Positions 16,192 to 25,032 are shown, counted from the stretch's first letter. The stretch is 32,000 nt of DNA from Cupriavidus necator (GCF_016127575.1 NZ_CP066019.1:2550001-2582000), one strand, 5' to 3'. Notes: generated by a model from the sequence alone, not told the origin. Program-made: numbers and translations.

Positions 16192-17349
16192 ATGAATCAA
16201 CCCTGGCTCAAGCTGGCCGGCCGCCGCCTGCTGCCCATCGTGCAGGGCGGCATGGGCATCGGCATCTCGGCCCACCGGCTGGCCGGCGCCGTCGCGCGCG
16301 AGAACGGCGTCGGCACCATCGCCAGCATCGACCTGCGCCACCACCACCCCGACCTGATGGAACGCACCCGCGGCAGCCGTGACAAGCCCGCCATCGAAGC
16401 CGCCAACCTCGAAGCGCTGGATCGCGAGATCCGTGCCGCGCGCACGGCGTCCGAGGGCCGCGGGCTGATCGCCGTCAACGTGATGAAGGCGGTGGGCTCG
16501 CACGCCGCGCTGGTGCGGCAATCCTGTGAAAGCGGCGCCGATGCCATCGTCATGGGCGCTGGCCTGCCGCTGGACCTGCCCGAACTGACCGCCAGCCACC
16601 CCAGGGTGGCGCTGATCCCGATCCTGTCCGAGGCGCGCGGCATCGGCCTGGTGCTGCGCCGCTGGATGAAGAAGGGCCGCCTGCCCGATGCCATCGTGGT
16701 CGAGCATCCGGCCCATGCCGGCGGCCATCTGGGCGCGGCCAGCATCCAGGACCTGTCAGAGCCGCGCTTTTCGTTTTCGCGCGTGCTGGCCGAATGCCGC
16801 GAGCTGTTTGCGCAGCTCGGGCTGGCCTGGGACAGCATTCCGCTGATCCTGGCCGGCGGCATCGACAGCCATGCCAAGGTGCGCCACTGGCTGGGCGAGG
16901 GCGCCGCCGCGGTGCAGCTGGGCACGGCCTTCGCCGTGACCGAGGAATGCGATGCCCACCCGGCCTTCAAGCAGGTGCTGGCCACGGCGCGGCCCGAGAC
17001 CCTGCGCGAGTTCACCAGCGTGGCCGGGCTGCCCGCGCGCGCCGTGCTGACGCCGTGGCTGTCGCGCTACCTGTCGAGCGAGTCGCGGCTGCAGCGCCGC
17101 GCCAGGCCGCGTGAATGCCTGGAGGGCTTCGACTGCCTGCAGGCGTGCGGGCTGCGCGACGGCATTGCCCGCATCGGCCAGTTCTGCATCGACCTGAAGC
17201 TGGCGCAGGCCGTGCGCGGCGACGTGGAGCGCGGCCTGTTCTTCCGCGGCCGGGGTGCGCTGCCCTTCGGCGAGGCGATCCGGCCGGTGGCGGAGCTGAT
17301 GCACTATCTGTTGACGGGGGAAAAGCCCGCCGGGCTGGCGCCAGCCTGA
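16192..17349 (+). CDS. nitronate monooxygenase (NMO/2-nitropropane dioxygenase, FMN) family oxidoreductase
   Basis: Track ORF 15997..17349. I set the start to ATG 16192, after GGAG (16183-16186). The motifs LPIVQGGMGIGIS and VVEHPAHAGGHLG are typical of the NMO family. The C-terminal extension carries C-x5-C-x3-C-x12-C. Confidence 0.85.
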   Translation: MNQPWLKLAGRRLLPIVQGGMGIGISAHRLAGAVARENGVGTIASIDLRHHHPDLMERTRGSRDKPAIEAANLEALDREIRAARTASEGRGLIAVNVMKAVGSHAALVRQSCESGADAIVMGAGLPLDLPELTASHPRVALIPILSEARGIGLVLRRWMKKGRLPDAIVVEHPAHAGGHLGAASIQDLSEPRFSFSRVLAECRELFAQLGLAWDSIPLILAGGIDSHAKVRHWLGEGAAAVQLGTAFAVTEECDAHPAFKQVLATARPETLREFTSVAGLPARAVLTPWLSRYLSSESRLQRRARPRECLEGFDCLQACGLRDGIARIGQFCIDLKLAQAVRGDVERGLFFRGRGALPFGEAIRPVAELMHYLLTGEKPAGLAPA

Positions 17350-17360
17350 CGGCAACAGCT

Positions 17361-17452
17361 TCAGCAATCTGAGCGAGCCAACCCGCAAGGCCGGCAAGTG
17401 CAACGGGCGCCGCACACCCGCAGCAGGAAAGACTTTGTCAGCAATCTGAGCG
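17361..17452. repeat. 15-bp exact direct repeat tcagcaatctgagcg (17361-17375 and 17438-17452)
   Basis: The second copy comprises the last four codons plus the stop (RSDC*) of the minus-strand membrane protein gene. The first copy lies 77 bp away in the intergenic spacer. Confidence 0.6.
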
Positions 17453-18736
17453 CGGCGGTAATCCGCCGCGCTTCTTCATCTCCCGCATGCATCGCAACGC
17501 TCCCAGCAGTTGCCACCCCAGCCACGCATTGGCGCCCGCCAGCAGCACGCCGCCAGCACGGGCCAGCGGCGCCGGCGCCAGCGGCACCGCCAGCAGCAGG
17601 ACGTAGGCAGCCAGCAGCAGCCATGCCTGCCGCCGTTGCCGGCCCGGCACGATGATGGCCTGCATGGCCGGCACCCGCGCGCGCGGCGGCAGCAGCCGGC
17701 GCAGGTGCAGCCAGGCCAGGAACGGCACGATCTTGCCGAGCATGGCCGTGACCGGCAGCACGCCCACGCCGACCAGCGCCATGGTGCCGGCCCACCATGC
17801 CAGCGGCAGCCCGGTGGCGGGCAGCACCACGGCCGCCGCCCCCAGCAGCGCCGCGCCTGCCATGCTGGCGCATGCCACCGGCCAGAGCAGCCACAGCGGA
17901 TCATGGCGCCGCCGCGCGCGCAGCGTGCCGGCCAGCCCGCATGCGCCCACCACCGCCACGAACGCCAGCCACACGAGCAGCACGCCATACGCCAGCGCAC
18001 GGTGATCCGGCCACAGCATTGCCGCGGCGCTGAACAGCGCCAGCGGCAACCAGTGCGCCATGGGCAGCCAGCGCCCGATCGCCGCCGGCAGGCGTGGCAC
18101 CTGCCAGAACATCGGCAGCACGGTGGTGGCCACGCCGGTCACCAGCGCCGCCAGCCAGCCGCCCAGCACCCACGCCATATGCAGGCCGAGCCAGCGCGCC
18201 ACCGGCACGCGCCACCAGCCGCCGAAGGCGCCGGCCAGCACCATGCCGCACAGCACCGCGACCATCAGCGGCGCGCCGATGCCGGCAAGGGTGCGCGTGG
18301 TGGCATCCACTGCGGCCACGCGCCGGCCCGCAGCCAGCAGGATGGCCCCGGCCAGCAACGGGATCACGGCCACGGCCGCAGCCGCCTGCATCGCCACAGG
18401 CTCGCCGCCGAGCAGGCCAATGCCCAGGGCAGTGGCCACGCCCGCGCCGGCCGCGGCCATGAACGGCGCAAGCAGCCCCGCACCCGGCACGGCCACGCCG
18501 GCCACCACCGGCATCATCTGGAACAGCGCGCCCACCATGACCGGCAGCAGCATGCCCAGCGCCAGCACATGCACCGCCACCAGCGCCAGTGGCGCAAAGC
18601 GGTCCGGCAAGCCGCCGGGCGGACCGGCGGCAAGCAAGACTCCCGCCGCAGCACCAAGCCACGGCGCCGGCATCAGGCAGCCGAACACCACGGCCAGGCG
18701 CGGGGCGCGTTCATAGTCGAAACTGGCTGCCTTCAC
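17438..18736 (-). CDS. polytopic inner-membrane protein of unknown function
   Basis: Track ORF 17438..19021. I set the start to GTG 18736, preceded by GGGAGAAG with 6-nt spacing. The first in-frame ATG downstream of it begins MPAPWLG. The protein is about 432 aa and is Ala/Leu/Gly/Trp-rich, with roughly 10-12 hydrophobic segments. His-containing helices recur (HVLALGMLLPVMVGALFQMMP; HMAWVLGGWLAALVTGVATTVLPMFWQ). I recognise no family; NnrS-like is only a guess. Confidence 0.6.
   Translation of the reverse strand: MKAASFDYERAPRLAVVFGCLMPAPWLGAAAGVLLAAGPPGGLPDRFAPLALVAVHVLALGMLLPVMVGALFQMMPVVAGVAVPGAGLLAPFMAAAGAGVATALGIGLLGGEPVAMQAAAAVAVIPLLAGAILLAAGRRVAAVDATTRTLAGIGAPLMVAVLCGMVLAGAFGGWWRVPVARWLGLHMAWVLGGWLAALVTGVATTVLPMFWQVPRLPAAIGRWLPMAHWLPLALFSAAAMLWPDHRALAYGVLLVWLAFVAVVGACGLAGTLRARRRHDPLWLLWPVACASMAGAALLGAAAVVLPATGLPLAWWAGTMALVGVGVLPVTAMLGKIVPFLAWLHLRRLLPPRARVPAMQAIIVPGRQRRQAWLLLAAYVLLLAVPLAPAPLARAGGVLLAGANAWLGWQLLGALRCMREMKKRGGLPPRSDC
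17450..17471. terminator. GC hairpin gcgcggcgg-taat-ccgccgcgc (terminator-like)
   Basis: It has a perfect 9-bp stem, followed on the plus strand by ttctt, and lies 100 nt after the NMO stop. It sits inside the last codons of the convergent membrane protein gene. Confidence 0.3.
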
Positions 18737-18849
18737 GCCTTGCTTCTCCCCATCAATGTTGGGACCCGATGCTAGGCTAGGGCAGGTCGTGGGGATTTGA
18801 CCGCAGATAAGTCCGACGATGTATCCCCGCGCCATGCGGTGGAGCGATA

Positions 18850-18864
18850 TGTCACGACGTGACA
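18850..18864. promoter_or_regulatory. perfect palindrome TGTCAC-gac-GTGACA
   Basis: It has 6-bp arms and lies in the 342-bp divergent region between the membrane protein gene and narX. Confidence 0.3.
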
Positions 18865-19078
18865 GGCCTGGTGTGTGGGCGGTATTCCCCGCAAATGACA
18901 AGCCGATGCGCCGCCGGCCGCACATGCCAGACGCCGAAGCCGGGTTTTCTTGATCTGGCGCAGGAAGCCCCGCGTGCTGCGCAGGGAAAATTGCCCTCGA
19001 TGCCAGCGCGCAGCCATGCACGCGCCGGCCGCCGGGCCACCACCCGGCTTCCCCCGACTGGTAGCCCCCGATACCGCC

Positions 19079-21103
19079 ATGTTCCGAACCGATCCTCCAG
19101 CCGCCAGCGCCGCGGCGGACTTCCGCGCTGCCGGCCTGTCGGCGCTGCGCGACCGCCTCTCCACCCGCATCATCTCGCTCTCGCTGGCCGTGCTGCTGGT
19201 GGTGCTGGGCATGATTGCCGGCACGCTGTGGCTGTCATGGAAGCTGGAGGGCGCGGGTGCCGCCATCAATGACGCCGGCAGCCTGCGCATGCGCGCCAAC
19301 CGCGTGGCGATCGAACTGACGCTGGCGCAGGCGCGCCAGGACAATGCACTGGCCGAGCAGGTGCAGGCGCTGGACGCCACGCTGGCCCTGCTCAGGAAAG
19401 GCGACGCGGCGCGCCCGCTGTTCCTGCCGGACGAACCCGCCATCCATGCCCAGATGACCCGTGTCACGCAGGGCTGGCAACAACGTCTGCGCCCGCTGGC
19501 GGTAGCCGGAACGGGCGAGCACGCAGCGCCGGCAAGCTATATCGCCGCACTGCCCGGCTTCGTCGCGCAGGCCGATCGCCTGGTTGGCATGATCGAGCAT
19601 GACAGCGCGCGCAAGACCGACTGGCTGCGCTTGTCGCAGATCGCGCTGGCGGCAATGGCCTGCGTCGGCACCGTGGCCGTGATCTACCTGCTCTACCTGT
19701 GGATCATCCTGCCGGTGCTGCGGCTGCAGGACGGCCTGCGGCGCATGGCCGCGCGCGAGTTCTCGCTGCGCCTGCCGGTGGAAAGCCGCGACGAGTTCGG
19801 CACCCTCAGCGAAGGCTTCAACCGCATGGCCGGCGAACTGCAGGGGCTGTACCACGACCTGGAGACGCGCGTGGCACAGAAGACCGCCGAGCTGGAACGC
19901 CAGAACCGCGACCTGGAGACGCTCTACGACATGGCCGCCTTCCTGAACCAGGCCGCCGATGCCGAGGCCATGGCGCGCGGCTTCCTGGAACGCGTGATGC
20001 GCCAGTTCGATGCCGATGGCGGCAGCGTGCGCGTGCTGGACAGCCGCCATGGCAGGATGCACCTGCTGGCAGCCGCCGGCCTGCCGGCCGCGCTGGCAGA
20101 ATCCGAATCCTGCGCGGCGGCCAACGCCTGCCATTGCGGCGACGCCACGCGCGAGGCCGTGGTCGCCATCGTCGACCTGCGCGCGGCGCAGCGCCAGGGC
20201 GCCGCCGGGGATGCCACGCCCTGCAGCCGCAACGGCTTCCAGTCGCTGGCGGCCTTCCGCATCGAAAGCCAGCGCGGCGCCACCGGCGTGTTCGCGCTGC
20301 ACTTCCGCACGCCGCGCGCGCTGCCCCCGTCAGACCGCCAGATGCTGGAAACACTGGGCCAGCACCTTGGCACCGCGCTGGAACACCTGCGCCTGTCCGC
20401 GACCGCGCGCCAGCTGGCGGTGGTGGAAGAGCGCAACCTGGTGGCGCAGGGCCTGCACGACAGCATTGCCCAGGGCCTGAACTACCTGAACCTGCAGGTG
20501 CAGCTGCTGGACGCCGCGGTCGAACGCGACGACCTGGCCGAGACCCGTGAGATCGTGCCGATGCTGCGCCACGGCGTGGAAGAGAGCTACCAGGACGTGC
20601 GCGAACTGCTGAACAACTTCCGCTCGCGGCTCGGCACCGGCGAGCTGCGACCGGCGGTGGAAGAGACCGTGGGCCGCTTTCGGCGCCAGTGCCGCACCGA
20701 GGCCACGCTCGCCATTGACGAGAGCGGCGGCGCCTGGCCGCTGGCGCCGGAGCAGCAGCTGCAGGTGCTGTTCATCCTGCAGGAGGCGCTCTCCAATGTG
20801 CGCAAGCACGCCATGGCGGCGCACGTGGCGGTGGCGCTCAGCCACGGCCGCGATTTCCGGCTGGTGGTGCAGGACGACGGCGAGGGCTTCGATCCGGAGG
20901 AAATCGCCACGCGCGCCGAAGCGCATATCGGCCTGAACATCATGCGCGAGCGCGCGGCGCGGCTGGGGGCGCAGCTGCACGTGCAGGCCCGCCCCGGCCA
21001 CGGCGTGCGCATCGAACTGGTGCTGCCCGCCGGCCGCTCTTCCGGCGCCCGCGAGTTCGCCGACACCCGCCCCGCCCCCACGACCACCGAGACCCAGCCA
21101 TGA
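19079..21103 (+). CDS. narX: nitrate/nitrite sensor histidine kinase NarX-type
   Basis: Track ORF 18950..21103. I set the start to ATG 19079 (MFRTDPP). It has a periplasmic P-box (AAINDAGSLRMRANRV), HAMP, a central GAF-like region with a Cys cluster (CAAANACHCGD), a HisKA_3 H-box (GLHDSIAQGLNYL) and a HATPase domain (LSNVRKHA, DDGEGF, IGLNIMRERA). Confidence 0.88.
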   Translation: MFRTDPPAASAAADFRAAGLSALRDRLSTRIISLSLAVLLVVLGMIAGTLWLSWKLEGAGAAINDAGSLRMRANRVAIELTLAQARQDNALAEQVQALDATLALLRKGDAARPLFLPDEPAIHAQMTRVTQGWQQRLRPLAVAGTGEHAAPASYIAALPGFVAQADRLVGMIEHDSARKTDWLRLSQIALAAMACVGTVAVIYLLYLWIILPVLRLQDGLRRMAAREFSLRLPVESRDEFGTLSEGFNRMAGELQGLYHDLETRVAQKTAELERQNRDLETLYDMAAFLNQAADAEAMARGFLERVMRQFDADGGSVRVLDSRHGRMHLLAAAGLPAALAESESCAAANACHCGDATREAVVAIVDLRAAQRQGAAGDATPCSRNGFQSLAAFRIESQRGATGVFALHFRTPRALPPSDRQMLETLGQHLGTALEHLRLSATARQLAVVEERNLVAQGLHDSIAQGLNYLNLQVQLLDAAVERDDLAETREIVPMLRHGVEESYQDVRELLNNFRSRLGTGELRPAVEETVGRFRRQCRTEATLAIDESGGAWPLAPEQQLQVLFILQEALSNVRKHAMAAHVAVALSHGRDFRLVVQDDGEGFDPEEIATRAEAHIGLNIMRERAARLGAQLHVQARPGHGVRIELVLPAGRSSGAREFADTRPAPTTTETQP

Positions 21104-21756
21104 CCATCCGCATCCTGCTGATCGACGACCACACCCTGTTCCGCTCCGGCATCCGTGCGCTGCTGCAGCGGCAGGCCGACTTCGAGATCGTCGACGAAGC
21201 CGCCGACGGCGTGGAAGGCATCAAGCGCGCCAAGCAGCACCGTCCCGACGTGATCCTGCTGGACCTGAACATGCCCGGCCTGTCCGGCCTGGAGGCCCTG
21301 CAGCTGCTGGTGGAAGACCTGCCGCGGACCGCCGTGATCGTGCTGACCGTGTCCGAGGAAGCCGAGGAACTGGCTGCCGCGCTGCGCGGCGGCGCGCGCG
21401 GCTACCTGATCAAGAATATCGAGACCGAGGCGCTGATCGCCGGCATCCGCCGTGCCGCGGCCGGCGAGCCGGTCATCTCCGACAGCATGACCGCCAAGCT
21501 GGTGGCCCAGTTCCGCGCTCCCGCACCGGTGGCCGCGGCGCGCCAGGACGAAGCGCCGCGGCTGACCGCGCGCGAGCGCGAGATCGTGCAGGGCCTGGCG
21601 CGCGGCGAAAGCAACAAGGAGATCGCGCGCGACCTGGGTGTGGCGGAAAGCACGGTGAAGATCCACGTGCAGAACATCCTGAAGAAGCTGAACCTGGCCA
21701 GCCGCGTGCAGGTGGCCGTCTATGCCGTCGAACACGGGCTGAACGCAGCGTTCTGA
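21100..21756 (+). CDS. narL: NarL/FixJ-family response regulator
   Basis: The ATG overlaps the narX stop as ATGA. It has a REC domain (ILLIDDH...LLDLNMPG) and a LuxR-type HTH (LTAREREIVQGLARGESNKEIARDLGVAESTVKIHV). Confidence 0.9.
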   Translation: MTIRILLIDDHTLFRSGIRALLQRQADFEIVDEAADGVEGIKRAKQHRPDVILLDLNMPGLSGLEALQLLVEDLPRTAVIVLTVSEEAEELAAALRGGARGYLIKNIETEALIAGIRRAAAGEPVISDSMTAKLVAQFRAPAPVAAARQDEAPRLTAREREIVQGLARGESNKEIARDLGVAESTVKIHVQNILKKLNLASRVQVAVYAVEHGLNAAF

Positions 21757-21956
21757 ACGCGGCGCAGTGGCCGCCACGACAGCCCTGCATGTTGCGCGTC
21801 CGGCACCCCAACGTCGTCCGATTCCTACAGCGATTTCAGCCCTAGTCCGGGGGGACGCCGGCGCCCCCTGATCTAGGCTGAACTGTAAGCAGTTGGCTCT
21901 CCGAGGCCACCCGGTCCGGAAGCCCGGCTTGCCAGATCCACAACAAGGAGCACGCC

Positions 21957-22115
21957 ATGGGAATCGGCACCATTCTCCTGATCATCCTTATCCTGCTGCT
22001 GATCGGCGCGTTGCCGGCCTGGCCCTACAGTTCCGGCTGGGGCTACTGGCCTAGCGGCGGCCTGGGCCTGATCGTCCTGATCGTGGTGCTGCTCGTGGTG
22101 CTTGGCCGGATCTAG
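21957..22115 (+). CDS. DUF3309-family small membrane protein (52 aa)
   Basis: This ORF is below the track's 60-aa cut-off. AAGGAG lies 6 nt upstream of ATG 21957. The product is MGIGTILLIILILLLIGALPAWPYSSGWGYWPSGGLGLIVLIVVLLVVLGRI. Two TM helices flank a W/Y/G loop, which matches my recollection of DUF3309. Confidence 0.7.
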   Translation: MGIGTILLIILILLLIGALPAWPYSSGWGYWPSGGLGLIVLIVVLLVVLGRI

Positions 22116-22148
22116 CGTTCCCGGCCAGCCTGCGGGCAACGCACGCCG

Positions 22149-22172
22149 GCTGGCGCACGCAGCGGCGCCAGC
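22149..22172 (+). terminator. hairpin gctggcgc-acgcagcg-gcgccagc after the DUF3309 gene
   Basis: It has an 8-bp perfect stem and lies 34 nt after the stop. There is no U-run. Confidence 0.3.
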
Positions 22173-22184
22173 GCGGGGCTACCC

Positions 22185-22213
22185 TTGTCGCTGCCGCGCC
22201 GGCGCCCTATAAC
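22185..22213 (+). promoter_or_regulatory. candidate promoter TTGTCG-N17-cTATAAC
   Basis: The spacing is good and the -10 is extended by C at -13, a feature enriched in RpoS-dependent promoters. It lies 62 nt upstream of ATG 22275. Confidence 0.3.
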
Positions 22214-22274
22214 GAAGCGCGGGCGTGTGCCACCGCATCGCCCGGTTCCTTCCCCCATTTGCAAGGAGACCCAG

Positions 22275-22463
22275 ATGCCAGCCAAATCCAAGGCGCAACA
22301 GCAGGCCGCGGGAGCGGCGCTCTCCGCAAAGCGCGGCGAAAAGAAGGCCGGATCGCTCAAGGGACCTTCCCGCTCGATGTATAAATCGATGAGCGAGAAG
22401 GAACTCGACAAGATGGCTTCGACCAAGACCAAGGGCATGCCGAAGCACAAGTCAGACAGTTGA
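22275..22463 (+). CDS. DUF3008-family small basic protein (62 aa)
   Basis: Track ORF 22185..22463. I set the start to ATG 22275, after AAGGAG. The product is MPAKSKAQQQAAGAALSAKRGEKKAGSLKGPSRSMYKSMSEKELDKMASTKTKGMPKHKSDS, which matches my recollection of DUF3008. Confidence 0.65.
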   Translation: MPAKSKAQQQAAGAALSAKRGEKKAGSLKGPSRSMYKSMSEKELDKMASTKTKGMPKHKSDS

Positions 22464-22470
22464 TCGGCAA

Positions 22471-22508
22471 GCTTGCTCACTCTCCCGCCCGTGGGCGAGC
22501 GAGCAAGC
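22471..22508. terminator. long imperfect hairpin between convergent genes
   Basis: gcttgctcActc ... gagcgagcaagc has 12-bp arms with one mismatch, extended by an inner ccc/ggg. It lies between the DUF3008 stop and the ParB-like stop. There is no U-run. Confidence 0.45.
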
Positions 22509-22540
22509 CCAAGCGGGCTGCCAGGGCCAGCCACCACCTG

Positions 22541-23260
22541 CTATCTGGCACCGCCCTTCTTTCCCCCGACCCTCCCCCTCGCCGGCCCGCCGCAATAGCC
22601 GGGCAAACGTCTTGCCCGGGTGCTGCGCGCCAGCCGGATCGACTCCGCCAGCGCCAGCCCGAATCCCGCAACGCTGCCCAGGTCCTGTTCCACCCGCTCG
22701 CGCAGGAAGGCGGCCCAGGAGAAATCGCCGGCAGCGCTGCCAGGCTTGCGGTAAGCCCCGGCCTCGCGCGCAAAGGCCGCCAGGCTGCGATAGGGATCGT
22801 CGCGCATGCCCCGCACAGTGGGCGGCAGCGCCTTCGGGCCCAGCAGCTTGCCGTGCTCGTCGTAGGGATGGACATGGCCGAGACGGCGCATCCGTTTCCA
22901 GAACGCCGACGGGCTCAGGCGGCTGAAGTCATGCAGCACGCGCACGGGTGCCTGCTCGTAGCCGAGATCCAGCCACGCCCGCGCCCAGTGATGGTGATCG
23001 ATGATATAGAGGCTGCCGCCCGGCCCGGCCACGGTCTTGACGCGATGGCGGCGCATGAAGCGCCGCAGCGCCGCGTGGTCGTCCGGGTTCGCGTGGCGCT
23101 GCGTGACATCCATCTTGTAGCTGACGTGGGCATAACCGAGCGTCAGCTGGGTCGGGCGCAGGCGAGCCAGTTCGGCAACGGCGTTGCCTCGCGCGCTGCG
23201 CGGCGTGCCTGGTTCAGCGCTGTCGGCTGCGGCGACGCGGCGCTCAGTCGTTCTCGGCAC
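22541..23260 (-). CDS. ParB/Srx-fold protein (ParBc_2-like, 'putative ParB-like nuclease'), paralogue 1
   Basis: The 367-aa track ORF 22541..23644 is a frame extension. GTG 23260 is the only canonical start upstream of the conserved LRPTQLT motif, and it overlaps the stop of the upstream gene by 17 nt. Motifs are LYIIDHHHWARAW, HPYDEHG, MRDDPYRSL and LPGY. It is homologous to 26108..26743. Confidence 0.7.
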   Translation of the reverse strand: MPRTTERRVAAADSAEPGTPRSARGNAVAELARLRPTQLTLGYAHVSYKMDVTQRHANPDDHAALRRFMRRHRVKTVAGPGGSLYIIDHHHWARAWLDLGYEQAPVRVLHDFSRLSPSAFWKRMRRLGHVHPYDEHGKLLGPKALPPTVRGMRDDPYRSLAAFAREAGAYRKPGSAAGDFSWAAFLRERVEQDLGSVAGFGLALAESIRLARSTRARRLPGYCGGPARGRVGGKKGGAR

Positions 23261-23678
23261 GCTTCTGGTCGACGAAGTGCTCAAGCTCGCTGCCCGGGTC
23301 TTCGTTGCCGGTGCTCTCTTCGGCAACCGCCTCGCGTGCGAGCGGGCGTGGCCAGTACTCACCCTCGCCGCCGCGTATGGGCTCGCCGTGGCGGGCGGGA
23401 TTGAAATCCGTCCACTGGCCGCATTCCCAGTTGCCTTGCGCGCATTCCAGTGCGCTCGCCCCGGCTTCACGCAGCACGTCCACGGCAACGGAATCGAGGC
23501 CGTTGTTGACGCATGCCGCCAGCATGACGCGGTCCACCGCGCCGCTTTCCGGCGCACTGTCCGGCCCCACCGACATGATGGATACGTCCCACACGGAGAA
23601 GCCGCGCGAGAACAGGGTACGTGCCACGTCTTCGGCGCTGGCAATCGAATCGAAACGTCCGGCTACGATCGATGACAT
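23244..23678 (-). CDS. hypothetical acidic protein (144 aa)
   Basis: ATG 23678 has GGGAG 9 nt upstream. Two similar modules (IVAGRFDSIASAEDVARTLFSRGFSV / MLAACVNNGLDSVAVDVLREAGAS) are followed by an acidic tail. The first module is faintly reminiscent of YflT/general-stress-protein-type domains. Confidence 0.6.
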   Translation of the reverse strand: MSSIVAGRFDSIASAEDVARTLFSRGFSVWDVSIMSVGPDSAPESGAVDRVMLAACVNNGLDSVAVDVLREAGASALECAQGNWECGQWTDFNPARHGEPIRGGEGEYWPRPLAREAVAEESTGNEDPGSELEHFVDQKRAEND

Positions 23679-23800
23679 GATGACTGACTCCCATGATGGT
23701 GGCGATGGTCATGACTGCTGTCATCCACATTGCAAGAGCCACGCCTGCGCCTGCTGTGCGGCACGCCGCGCGCACGGCCTGCATGGCGCGCACGCCGGCG

Positions 23801-23813
23801 TGCAATATTTGCA
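23801..23813. promoter_or_regulatory. dyad TGCAA-tat-TTGCA
   Basis: This is the only AT-rich patch in the 172-bp spacer upstream of the 144-aa gene, about 125-135 nt from its ATG. Confidence 0.25.
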
Positions 23814-23850
23814 AAGGCGGCCCCGGAACTACATGCCCCGCCCTGGCGCC

Positions 23851-24708
<858 letters not shown>

Positions 24709-24831
24709 GGCTGGCTCCTGTCTGCGCGGCCGCATCGCGGCCCTTGCAGGTGCCGCGCAAATTCCATGCCGCAAACGGCGAGCCCGGGCCACGCCGCGGC
24801 CCGCGGCCGTGGCTGACACGCCGCCCGTAAC

Positions 24832-24857
24832 CCTTACATCGCCCGGCAATCCTTACA
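24832..24857. repeat. direct repeat CCTTACA x2 (19-bp period)
   Basis: The copies are at 24832-24838 and 24851-24857, in the 324-bp divergent SDR/BON control region. Confidence 0.3.
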
Positions 24858-25032
24858 GCGATCCGGGACGGCCAGCCCGCCTGGCCCCCGCGCGCGCGTC
24901 GGGGCACGGATATTGCGGCCATTGCAGGCATGAACATCACCGGCCCGGCGCGCCTGCGGCGGTTGCCGCACGGGCCCGCCGCACCTGGCAGTGCGGCGGA
25001 GGACGCCCGGGCCCCACAGCCAGGAGGCAACC

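Noticed and set aside
15925-16728. The 5' extension of the 616-aa ORF containing ubiU was considered, along with similar extensions of 15997..16191, 18737..19021, 18950..19078, 23261..23644, 24709..24849, 24991..25032 and 29462..29650.
   Set aside because: The extensions have no homology-like features. Internal starts fit family N-termini, many of them with a recognisable SD, and the extensions would run through divergent promoter regions or neighbouring genes.
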